From a virus: a DNA stretch of 64,000 nt. A model generated the notes under the pieces. The model did no database searches and was not told the origin of the DNA. It saw only the letters and a program-made list of their open reading frames with translations. Positions 46,737 through 55,572 of the stretch are shown here, piece after piece; position 1 is the stretch's first letter, and every line of letters starts with the position of its first letter. Both the position numbers and the translations under genes were made by a program. The stretch spans positions 32,001 to 96,000 of IMG/VR virus record IMGVR_UViG_3300031576_000008; one strand, given 5' to 3'.

Positions 46737-49211
46737 TTACTTGTCCTTCTTCCGACGGCCGATGCCGAAGATCCGGTCGACCTCCTCACGCCGGAACTTC
46801 TTGTCGCATTCCTTCTGGAACTCCGGGGTCTCGAACCTCTCGCGCACCGGCTCGAATGACCGCTCGACCTGATAGACAGACCACTTCCTGATGGATTCCT
46901 TGCGCTCCATCATCTCGCGCGCAGCGCAGCGTTCCTCCTCGTCACGCAGGTAGGTGCGTGAGGCGCACTCGTCGCACGCGAAGTAGAGCTTCTTGCGCTC
47001 CTCATTTTCGAGCTCCTTCTTCTCGATCTCTTTCTGTTCGGGCCCTTCTTTCTTGGACTTGGGTGGAACCAGATGGAGCGGACTTCCACAGGGGACCTCG
47101 CAGGCGCACCGGACATACCTTGGCTGGTTGAAGATCGTGTCGATGTCGAACGCTGGCTTGGTGACCGCATGCTCGCTGGCGAGCCGGACAGGGTGCTCTC
47201 TCTGCTTGACGACTTCGATGATGGAGCCATCTGCCCGATGCATCGTGATCTCCCTTTCCACGTTGATCGTCCGGTCGACCACGTAGAGCTTGATCACCTC
47301 GGTCTTGGCCTTGGGATACATGTCGCCCAGCGAGTAGGGAAGCGTGTGATACGGACAGAACCCTTCGCCCGCGCATTTCGTCCGAAGCATGGCGTAGTTG
47401 ATCGTGACGTACCGCTCTTCTTGCTCCTTCTCGCTTACCGAGCCTCCGGTCCGCTCCAGAACCACCGGCCTGACGACGCGCCTCAGCTCGACGGTCTGGA
47501 TCTCGCCCGATGCCTTGTCGAACGTCCCGTCCGGACGCCTGACTTTCCACCAGCCCAGCTTGTGGACGCGCTTGACGGGCCTGCCGCAGATCTCGCAGCA
47601 GAACTTGTCGGGCTCGTTGATGATCTTGACCGGCGGGTTGTAGATCACGGCGGTCTCCGCCAGACTCAGGCTGCGAGGCGTGTGGAGGCTGCTGCTCCCA
47701 TCGAGGTCTGCATACGTTGTCGAAATCCGCTTGAGCAGGAGCAGCAGGTCGAAGTGAACCACCCCTGTCTGGCTGGCGACTTCCTTGGCCAACGCGAGCT
47801 TCCGGCGGCTCTTGTCGATCTCCTGCCGCATGCCGAGGATCTTCGCCTTGGAGAGCTCGTACTGGATCTGGTCCTCGCGGGTGGACAGGTTGAGATCCTT
47901 TTGGAACATCTCCAGATAGACGATCTGATCGACACTACGCCGGATCTCATCCTCGAAGCGGGCCACCCGCTCGACGGCCCCCGCGAACCGCTTTCTCGTG
48001 GAATTGAAGTAGTTGCGGATGCGTTGCCTCAGCTCGACGATCTGGGCAGGGTTCTCGAACTTGCGCTGACGCTGGATGGTCGAGCCGAGTCCTTTGACCG
48101 TCCGGTGCTCATCGCAGAGGAGCGATCCGGCGGCCTGTGGCTGCTTGCAGTCCGGGTAGCGGATGCACTTCGCATGATCGCTGCAGAATGGGCCCGGCTC
48201 GTCGATCCGGAGCTTCCTGACCTTGAGGGACGTAGGATCGATCGCATCCGGATCTTCGCCTCGTTGCTCCGCCTCCCGGCGGGCTTCATCCATGGCCTTG
48301 TCCTTGCACGTCGGGCAGTGGGAGCGATCCGTATGAGCATGGCAGGTCTTGTCGTTGTGATGGTTGAGGATCTCCTCGCAGGCCACTTCGCCCGCGCCAA
48401 GACATGGCCGGCACATCTCGAGAACCGGATCCTTCTTGACCGTCCGCCTGCCGAGACACGTGACGCAGGCGCGCTTCCTGTCGCCGAGGCATTCCGGGCA
48501 GACCGCGTCCTCGCCGGTTTCCACCTCGCGCTTGCCGGCGCAAGCGGCACACTTCTTCTTCGCGTTGCACTTCCGGAGCATGATGCCCGCGCCTTCACAA
48601 GCGTAGCAATCACCGTTCGCCTGCTTGTCCCCATTGCACGCCGGACAGGGATCATCCATGCGCGGCCGATGCACGATCACTTCGGGGTTGGCGCAGAGGA
48701 AGCAGACGTATTTCCCTAGATATGGTGCAAGCCGCTCCCGGAAGATGCTATCGACATCGTTGAGATAGACGCGATCAGTCGAGCCGATGGGACCGCGCCG
48801 ACCCCAGCGAAGCGACGCGCTCCGGGGCTCCCGACCTTCGGGATCGGTCATCTCTTCGTGGACCTTGCAGAAGAGCGAACCCGAAAGGGCCAGCTCCTTG
48901 CAGTCGGCCTTCTCCCAGCTGCAGAGCTTCTGGGCAACCTTCATGAGGACGGCCGAGACCTCCTCGCCGCAGGAGGCGCACGTGCCGGGCCTGAGCCAGT
49001 AGCACTTCTCGCACCGCTGCGAGACGCCAACATTGACAGTCTCGCACTCGGGGCAATTCCAGCTGAAGGTCTCCCGGTAATGCTCACGGCAGAGGAGCAT
49101 GATGCCGAGAGCCTCCACCTCGACTTCCCATGTCGCCTCGTGCGCGCACAGGGGATACGTGCATTGTCCCTGCACGCCCATGCCGATCGCTTTGATGAGT
49201 CTTGCGGTCAT
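46737..49211 (-). CDS. large multi-zinc-finger protein with DnaJ-like CxxCxG repeats
   Basis: Many CxxC and CxxH pairs; central coiled coil. Confidence 0.7.
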   Translation of the reverse strand: MTARLIKAIGMGVQGQCTYPLCAHEATWEVEVEALGIMLLCREHYRETFSWNCPECETVNVGVSQRCEKCYWLRPGTCASCGEEVSAVLMKVAQKLCSWEKADCKELALSGSLFCKVHEEMTDPEGREPRSASLRWGRRGPIGSTDRVYLNDVDSIFRERLAPYLGKYVCFLCANPEVIVHRPRMDDPCPACNGDKQANGDCYACEGAGIMLRKCNAKKKCAACAGKREVETGEDAVCPECLGDRKRACVTCLGRRTVKKDPVLEMCRPCLGAGEVACEEILNHHNDKTCHAHTDRSHCPTCKDKAMDEARREAEQRGEDPDAIDPTSLKVRKLRIDEPGPFCSDHAKCIRYPDCKQPQAAGSLLCDEHRTVKGLGSTIQRQRKFENPAQIVELRQRIRNYFNSTRKRFAGAVERVARFEDEIRRSVDQIVYLEMFQKDLNLSTREDQIQYELSKAKILGMRQEIDKSRRKLALAKEVASQTGVVHFDLLLLLKRISTTYADLDGSSSLHTPRSLSLAETAVIYNPPVKIINEPDKFCCEICGRPVKRVHKLGWWKVRRPDGTFDKASGEIQTVELRRVVRPVVLERTGGSVSEKEQEERYVTINYAMLRTKCAGEGFCPYHTLPYSLGDMYPKAKTEVIKLYVVDRTINVEREITMHRADGSIIEVVKQREHPVRLASEHAVTKPAFDIDTIFNQPRYVRCACEVPCGSPLHLVPPKSKKEGPEQKEIEKKELENEERKKLYFACDECASRTYLRDEEERCAAREMMERKESIRKWSVYQVERSFEPVRERFETPEFQKECDKKFRREEVDRIFGIGRRKKDK

Positions 49212-49362
49212 CGCGTTTCTCCTTCGTGTCGAAAGTGTTCGCCGGAGAAGAACGCCTTCTCCTACATGGCGCTCTCGGATCCATGCCCTTGTGAGACTCG
49301 ACGCACGAGTCCCATAAGGGACCCACCGCCTCGCGGTGAGCCCCGATCCGAGAGAGGGATGA

Positions 49363-50256
49363 TTACTGCTGGAACTTCCTGATGTCCCGGCTGAGTGCGG
49401 CCTCGACTTCGGCCGGCGACGGATCCTTGGCGAGCTGTTCCTCCGGCCCCTTCAGGGCCTTCTCGATCTGCTTGGGCGACGGTTCTTTCTCCGTGACCAT
49501 CACGGACTGCGGGGCCTCGCGGATGACCGTGCTGGTCATCTTCTCCTCGGCCTCGGCGACTTCATCCTTGTCGAAGCCGTCCTCGAGCCTGAAGATCCGC
49601 TCGGCCCTCTCAGCGCCCTGAACGCGCAGCGAGAAGTCGTGACCGACCTTGACGGTCACATGCGATGGCGCGCCTTCGAGGTCGCCCGAGCGGCGAACCT
49701 CGAAGACATCGCCCGGCGCGACCACCAGAAGCGCCTCGCTCGAATAGCCGTTGTACGAGAAACTGCCCTTGCGATTGAACTCGATGAGCGACTCCCCGCG
49801 CGCCAGAACCGTGTTCTGCTTCGCGGGGACGATTATCGCGCGCCCACGCAGGCCGGGCTCCGCGACGAAGTGGATTCCGATCTTCTGTCCCCTCACCTCC
49901 TCCGTGCTCTCCTCCACCAGCACGAGGGTCTTCTTCTGGGTGACGAAGATGGAACCCTCGAACGGATTGTGTATGGCCAGCTTCTTGACGAACGGGTGCT
50001 CGTTGTTCGGGCCCAGCACGGCCGGACCCTTGCAGATTTCGCAGGGCTTCGCCCCGATGGGCTGCCCGTCGTTGTCGCAGAGGTGCTCGCGCATGACCGA
50101 GAGCAGCCTCATGAACTTCTGCCCAACGGCGACCCAAACCGACGCTCTCTTGAGCGTCCCCACCTCGAAGTGAGGATACGGCAGCACTTCGATCGGGATG
50201 CCCGGACCACAGTTGACGATCCCGGACTTCGTCAGGACAGCGTTGTAGAGCTTCAT
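49363..50256 (-). CDS. hypothetical protein
   Basis: 297 aa, GGAG RBS. Confidence 0.6.
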   Translation of the reverse strand: MKLYNAVLTKSGIVNCGPGIPIEVLPYPHFEVGTLKRASVWVAVGQKFMRLLSVMREHLCDNDGQPIGAKPCEICKGPAVLGPNNEHPFVKKLAIHNPFEGSIFVTQKKTLVLVEESTEEVRGQKIGIHFVAEPGLRGRAIIVPAKQNTVLARGESLIEFNRKGSFSYNGYSSEALLVVAPGDVFEVRRSGDLEGAPSHVTVKVGHDFSLRVQGAERAERIFRLEDGFDKDEVAEAEEKMTSTVIREAPQSVMVTEKEPSPKQIEKALKGPEEQLAKDPSPAEVEAALSRDIRKFQQ

Positions 50257-50390
50257 CGTCTCTCCAGTTTCTTTGCCGCTAGGTTCGGCTGCCCCGGTCG
50301 CGGCGTAGACCTTAATGGGGCAGCGTCGATACCGATTTCCCCTACTGCTACATGTGCTCTTCGTGGCGTGATACTGCGTAGAGTCCGCTT

Positions 50391-50774
50391 CTAGACCTTC
50401 GCGGGCTGGAACTTCCCGGCGACGAGATCTTCGAGGTTCGTTGCGACCCTCGTTTCCTTCGTGCCGGCGTAGCGGGCGACCTCGACTCCTTTCTCGTAGA
50501 AGATGAACGTCGGGATCATCTCGATCTTGAGCGTGTCGATGATCCAGAGATTCTTGTCGCAGTTGACCGTGTAGAACGCGACCAGCCCGAACTTCTGGTT
50601 GAGCCGCTCGAGCATCGGACCGGGCTGCTCTTGCAGATCCTGTTTCTGCTCCTGCACGGGAGCGATCTCAGTGCAGCCGCCTCACCACTTCGCGTAGAGG
50701 GTGAGCAGCGTCCAGCGGTTCATCCTCATGCGGTCCTCGAGGGTGTCCATCGTGATCGTGTGTGGAAGGAACAT
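50391..50774 (-). CDS. thioredoxin with in-frame UGA at the first active-site position (WUGGC); candidate selenoprotein
   Basis: AAGGAG RBS, ATG at 50774; LYAKW-TGA(50682-50684)-GGC...VNCD...IPTFIFY..G; hairpin 50652-50676. Confidence 0.8.
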
Positions 50775-50944
50775 TTTCTTCTCCTTTCTGCCATATGCTA
50801 GGCCTCGCTTGAGTGTGTGAACCGCTCACACTCCTCATCTCAAGCGGGCCATCTAGTGCCTTATAGTTAAATGACCAGCGGGCGGACGCCTTCCGTCAGC
50901 TTGCCGGCGCGCGCATCGGTGATGAAGCGCTCGATGGCCGTGAT

Positions 50945-51337
50945 CTAGTGCCAGAAGAGAACGACCTTGGTCTCCGGCTTGAGCCTCTTGATCCGCCGGA
51001 GGACGTCCTTGTTCCACTCGCTGAAACCATTGCAGTCCAGCTTCGCCAGCTCGCCAGCCGTCGAGTACGTCAGCGGCTCGCCGTACGGATCCTTCGTGAC
51101 GATGCCGGCCCGGCAGTCATCCGGACCCGGCTTGAAGACGCCGAACGGCAAGTGCGTCTCGAGGATCCGGAACTTGACCTGTTCCGGCAGCGGCTTCGGC
51201 TTACAGGCCTGCTTCACCTGCTCTTCGCACATGACCGTGTTGTCGATCTTGGCGAAGAGCTGGTAGTCCCGACTCAGTCCCCAACCCACACTCTTCTTCT
51301 CGGCCCCCAGCGGGTACAACGTCAAATCCATGCCCAT
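50945..51337 (-). CDS. hypothetical phage protein
   Basis: MG.DL...DPYG.PL...VVLFWH. Confidence 0.6.
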   Translation of the reverse strand: MGMDLTLYPLGAEKKSVGWGLSRDYQLFAKIDNTVMCEEQVKQACKPKPLPEQVKFRILETHLPFGVFKPGPDDCRAGIVTKDPYGEPLTYSTAGELAKLDCNGFSEWNKDVLRRIKRLKPETKVVLFWH

Positions 51338-51346
51338 GTCGCTTCC

Positions 51347-51625
51347 TCACACATGCGAAAGGTCTGTCGCCTTCCGCTCGTTGTTGATCTTCCTGAGCGC
51401 CGCGAACCGCTCGCGACCTTCCTTGCTCTTCTCCCATGGATCGCATCCGCCCGAGCAGGTCTCGGTCAGGCACATTTCCAGCTTCTCGACCTTCGTCCTG
51501 AGCGCCGCATATCCTTCGGTCCCGCCGAAGAGAAGTGAGTTGATTACTCACATCGGCTTCAGGCACCGCTGGCAGCGGACGATCTCCTCCCATGGGAATT
51601 TGACTCCGCCGTAGCTGTCGTTCAT
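51347..51625 (-). CDS. Cys-rich small protein with in-frame UGA
   Basis: CQRCLKPM-TGA(51548-51550)-VINSLL..., frame stays open for 66 more sense codons. Confidence 0.4.
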
Positions 51626-51898
51626 GAATTCACCCCCGACACACGGATGTACTGGATGTTCAGGATCTTGATCATGCGACAGGCCGGGCAATTGCCGAGA
51701 TCCTGATCCGCCTTGGGAACGAGGACCTTGTTCTGGACGAAGTCCTCGACGACCGACGGCTCCAGCTTCTGTGGGCTGAGAATCATGACATGGCAGTCCG
51801 TGCACTCGCCGATGCGGGTCCGGTCCCTCCGGTCGTTCAGGATCGCGGCAGCTACTTCGGCCGCCACCCTCGCGCTTGAGCTCCTGAGCCGTCTTCAT
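51622..51898 (-). pseudogene. zinc-binding small protein with an apparent +1 frameshift
   Basis: AAGGAGG-ATG MKTAQELKRE joins VAAEVAAAIL if one G of GAGGGTG is removed. Confidence 0.4.
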
Positions 51899-52716
51899 GA
51901 TGCCTCCTTCGGAAAAGGTCCGATCGCCGTCCGCACGCGTTCCGGCAACAGGCCGTAGCGCTCCGCCTCGATCTTGTGGATGGCGCTGTAGTCGCGGGGA
52001 TAGCGCTCTCCGGTGCGCTTCTCCTCGTTCACCCAATCCATGTAGTGCGTGAAGCCCATGTAGGGATTGGCCTTCCACGGCTTCATGAACTGGCCATGCA
52101 GCTCCATCTGCCGGATGTGATGGCATAGGGCCTCGCGGCAGTCGTGACCGCCAGCCCAGCAGCCCGTCTCATTGTCGCCTTCCCAGCGGCCGCTAGACGT
52201 CAGCGTGTACCATTTGCCATCCACGTCCGCCGGCCGCCAGTTGTAGTAGAAGTTCCCGCCGTTGATCGACCGTTCGCAGTACGTGTCGAAGACAAGCAGG
52301 ATTCCGTTCTTCTCCTGCCAGCGGAAGAAGAGCTTGTTGGTCTTTTTCTCTTCCTTGTCCAGAAACGGGATCTCGAGCACCGTCTCGAAGCCGATCGCAT
52401 CCGTGAGTCTGAAGACGTCGGGCAGCGGGATGCCGTGATAGAAGTCGTCCTGCTCGACGAGCATCTGCTTCTTCTGGGCGTTGTGTTGGAAGAAAACACC
52501 AAGCGCGATGCCTTCGAGTTCCTTGTCGCCCTCAATCCGCTTGCCGGCGATCTTCTCGATCGTATGGATCGTGTCGAACTCAAGGACTGCCTTGACTTCC
52601 TGCGGATGGCGCTTGCCGCAGACGGCGCATCCATGCCCCTTGCAGCCGTCCTTGCAGCCGCTGTACTTCCCTTCGCAGTAGACGAGCCCGGTGTCGTTGC
52701 AGTTCGCGCAGCCCAT
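51895..52716 (-). CDS. hypothetical phage protein
   Basis: N-terminal Cys cluster; AAGGAG RBS. Confidence 0.6.
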   Translation of the reverse strand: MGCANCNDTGLVYCEGKYSGCKDGCKGHGCAVCGKRHPQEVKAVLEFDTIHTIEKIAGKRIEGDKELEGIALGVFFQHNAQKKQMLVEQDDFYHGIPLPDVFRLTDAIGFETVLEIPFLDKEEKKTNKLFFRWQEKNGILLVFDTYCERSINGGNFYYNWRPADVDGKWYTLTSSGRWEGDNETGCWAGGHDCREALCHHIRQMELHGQFMKPWKANPYMGFTHYMDWVNEEKRTGERYPRDYSAIHKIEAERYGLLPERVRTAIGPFPKEAS

Positions 52717-53051
52717 CACTTCTCCTTCCTGTCCGGGATCACGATGTCCTCGAAGAATTCCGAGAGCATCCACGCGCAGCCAGCGGTCTTGTGCTCGTGC
52801 TGGGGCTCGAACGATCGCATGCACGTGCCGACCATTCGGAGCGCCATCGCCTTGTCCACGCCTTCCTTCGGCTTCCAGACGGTCTCCTTGGGCAGCCCCT
52901 CGAAGAACCAGAGGTGCACGATCTTGTTCCACTTCGTGTGGTCGTCCTTGAACTCCTTGGGGATGTCCTCCCATTTGGGTAGGAGCGCTCCGATCACCCT
53001 GCCGGGGAAGACGGCCATGACCTTGTCGACATCCTTCACTTCGAGCTTCAT
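52716..53051 (-). CDS. conserved-type phage hypothetical protein
   Basis: WFFEG...SFEPQHEHK.A.CAW. Confidence 0.65.
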   Translation of the reverse strand: MKLEVKDVDKVMAVFPGRVIGALLPKWEDIPKEFKDDHTKWNKIVHLWFFEGLPKETVWKPKEGVDKAMALRMVGTCMRSFEPQHEHKTAGCAWMLSEFFEDIVIPDRKEK

Positions 53052-53059
53052 GGTTCCTC

Positions 53060-54319
53060 CTAAACCGATCTCAAGATCCGGTCCCAGTTGTGCTTCATCA
53101 CATCCGGTCCGACAGCGACGAAGTTGAGATTGCGGGAATCGAAGATGAGCTTCGCGGCCTCATGCACCTCCTTGGGCGTCACCGCCCGATTCATCATGAT
53201 CACGACGTCAGGGTCATGATCGAGCCCGTAGTCGAACTGGTACGTGGCCTTCCAAAGCGCCATGTCCTTGGCCCGTTCAAGCGACCGGATGAACTCGCCG
53301 ATCATCATCTCCTTGGCCCGGTCGACTTCCTCCCGTGTGACGCCCTTGTCGACGATCTTCTCCGTTTCCTTGAGGATCGCCTTTAAGGCCTTCGGAGCTT
53401 GGTGAGGAGAGGTGGACGTGTTCACCCGGAAGACACCCGTGTCCGGCAGGAAGGCCGTTTCAGCCCCGATCAAGTAAGCCAGTCCTTCGCGATCCCGCAC
53501 CTGTTCGAAGAGCCGCGATGACTGGCTTCCTCCAAGCACGACGGAGAGGACATTGATGGCGCGCCGCACCTCTTGCGAACATCCCCCGGTGGTGACGCCG
53601 ACCGTGAAGTGGGTCTGCTCTAATCTCTTCGTCTTCAGGCTCGTCTGGAAGCCGTTCTGATTGTTCCTGAAGTGCTCGAGATGCCGCCTTGGTCCGATCT
53701 GGATCTTGGTGAACTGGCGCACGGCCTGTCGCTCGATCTGCTCGTCGATGTCGCCGGCAATCGAGACGATGATGTTGGTCCCCGAGTAATAGGTGCGCCA
53801 CCAGTCGACCATCTGCTTATGGCGGAGTGCCGAGATGCTCTTGATCGATCCGCCGATTGGGAGCGCCAGCGGGTTGGGGTCGTAGACGAGCTTGTGCCAG
53901 AGATTCTGAAGGATCCATTCCGGCTCATCTTCCTCGGAGCGGATCTCCTCGAGGATGACCTTGCGCTCCATTTCGAACTCGTCCTTCGGAAAGCGCGGCT
54001 CGATCGTCATGCTGGTGATGATGTCGAGCGCCGACTTCACCTTGTCGGCCTTGGTAACGATGAAGTACCACGTCCGGTCGATCTCCGTGAACGCGTTGAA
54101 GTCCGCGCCCATCCGGTCGAGCATCCTCGAAACTTCCGTGGACTTGGGGAACTGCCGGCATCCCTTGAAGCACATGTGCTCCAAGAAATGCGAGACACCC
54201 GACGTCTCTTTCTCCTCGTATCTCGAACCGGTCTTGACCATGACGACGATGGCCACCGCCCGCGTTCCCGACATGGGCGTCGTGATCAACGTCAGCATAT
54301 TGGAAAGGTTGTGTCGCAT
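53060..54319 (-). CDS. M16 family (pitrilysin-like) zinc peptidase
   Basis: GSRYE, GVSHFLEHM.FKG, NAFT, E..VILEE, SSRLF.QVR...GLAY. Confidence 0.93.
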   Translation of the reverse strand: MRHNLSNMLTLITTPMSGTRAVAIVVMVKTGSRYEEKETSGVSHFLEHMCFKGCRQFPKSTEVSRMLDRMGADFNAFTEIDRTWYFIVTKADKVKSALDIITSMTIEPRFPKDEFEMERKVILEEIRSEEDEPEWILQNLWHKLVYDPNPLALPIGGSIKSISALRHKQMVDWWRTYYSGTNIIVSIAGDIDEQIERQAVRQFTKIQIGPRRHLEHFRNNQNGFQTSLKTKRLEQTHFTVGVTTGGCSQEVRRAINVLSVVLGGSQSSRLFEQVRDREGLAYLIGAETAFLPDTGVFRVNTSTSPHQAPKALKAILKETEKIVDKGVTREEVDRAKEMMIGEFIRSLERAKDMALWKATYQFDYGLDHDPDVVIMMNRAVTPKEVHEAAKLIFDSRNLNFVAVGPDVMKHNWDRILRSV

Positions 54320-54368
54320 CGGTCCTCCTTACTGATGCATCCTAGCGGACACAGGAGAACGCCTCCTG

Positions 54369-54986
54369 CTATAGATCCACCCGCGCGGCCAGCTGTTCTG
54401 CCAGATGCTCCGTTTCGCGCACGACTTCTTCGACCTCCCACATCTTGCCTGCGCAGTCGCCGATTTCAGGCGGCATGGCGACCCAGTCGCCTCCATGGGC
54501 GAAGTCAAAGCCGAACCACGAGCCTCCGCCTTCCGCCTTCTGCCGGAAGGACAGGCCGCAATGCACGGTCACATCCCTGTCCAGCTCGTCATCCGTCTTG
54601 TGCTCGTCGGGGTGCCCTTCCGGGAGATGCACGTAGGCGCAATAGGCGTGCTGGGTGTTGGCGATACAGCACCGAAGCCCATGGGCCGCCCATTCCTTGA
54701 CGAGCGTTCCTTGAGGCGGCCAGACCATCGGATCTTCCAAGGACTGGCGCAATCGTTCCTGCTGCCGCTTGTCGGATTCTTCCTCGGCCTTGATGGACTC
54801 GGCGCAGGGCATATCGTCGCTGTGGGAGCCGCTGCAGAACACGCACTGCCATGACTCCAAGCCGGGCGGACGGGGCGGACGAAGCACCTCGAAAAACTTG
54901 TCCAAGGCTTCGTATAGCGACCCCATCGGGTCGCACTCGCAGTCCTTCTTGGCCTTCCCGCAGACCACACAGTCGAAGTCTCTCAT
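54369..54986 (-). CDS. hypothetical phage protein
   Basis: CAYV, VHCGLSF, WFGFDFAH.GD. Confidence 0.6.
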   Translation of the reverse strand: MRDFDCVVCGKAKKDCECDPMGSLYEALDKFFEVLRPPRPPGLESWQCVFCSGSHSDDMPCAESIKAEEESDKRQQERLRQSLEDPMVWPPQGTLVKEWAAHGLRCCIANTQHAYCAYVHLPEGHPDEHKTDDELDRDVTVHCGLSFRQKAEGGGSWFGFDFAHGGDWVAMPPEIGDCAGKMWEVEEVVRETEHLAEQLAARVDL

Positions 54987-55388
54987 TCAGACTCCCTTTC
55001 GCATGCACTCCTTCATGAGCGCCATCTTGACCTGCGACATCATCGATCGCTCCTTGGTCTCGCAATGGGGACACCCATCGATCGGCCCCTTGATGAACTT
55101 CGGGTCGTACCAGACGACGAAGACGCGGTCTCCCGGCGGGATCACCGTGATCTCCGAGTCCTCCCAGTACGTGTGCCAGCCGAAGAGCGGCTCCGAGTCC
55201 GTGGCCATCTTCATGGCCATTTCGTACTCGGCGTCAGTCCCATACTTCTCGATGTTCGCCGCCTTCTTGGCTTCCTCGGCCACCTTCGTCATGAAGTCGA
55301 CTCCGAAGATCCGTTTCTCGTACTGCCGGCGCTGCTGCCTCCGCGCCTCGCGGCCTTCCGGCGTGCCGATACCGCACGACTCACACAT
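54987..55388 (-). CDS. hypothetical protein
   Basis: CESC and CPHC; AGGAGG RBS. Confidence 0.55.
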   Translation of the reverse strand: MCESCGIGTPEGREARRQQRRQYEKRIFGVDFMTKVAEEAKKAANIEKYGTDAEYEMAMKMATDSEPLFGWHTYWEDSEITVIPPGDRVFVVWYDPKFIKGPIDGCPHCETKERSMMSQVKMALMKECMRKGV

Positions 55389-55572
55389 GTTTCTCCTCCT
55401 TGCTCACGATCTTCTGCGCGTCCTCTTCGCAGTAAGGCTTTCCGCCCTGCTCGAACATTGGGACGCGGACGCCGTCCTTCATGAAGACGGCATCGAACAT
55501 GCACAAAGGGCCGTTGCAGACGGTGCAACGGCCCAAGCCCGACACATCCAGATCACAATCTTTGCACTTCAT
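55381..55572 (-). CDS. small zinc-finger protein
   Basis: CKDC and CTVC. Confidence 0.5.
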   Translation of the reverse strand: MKCKDCDLDVSGLGRCTVCNGPLCMFDAVFMKDGVRVPMFEQGGKPYCEEDAQKIVSKEEKHV

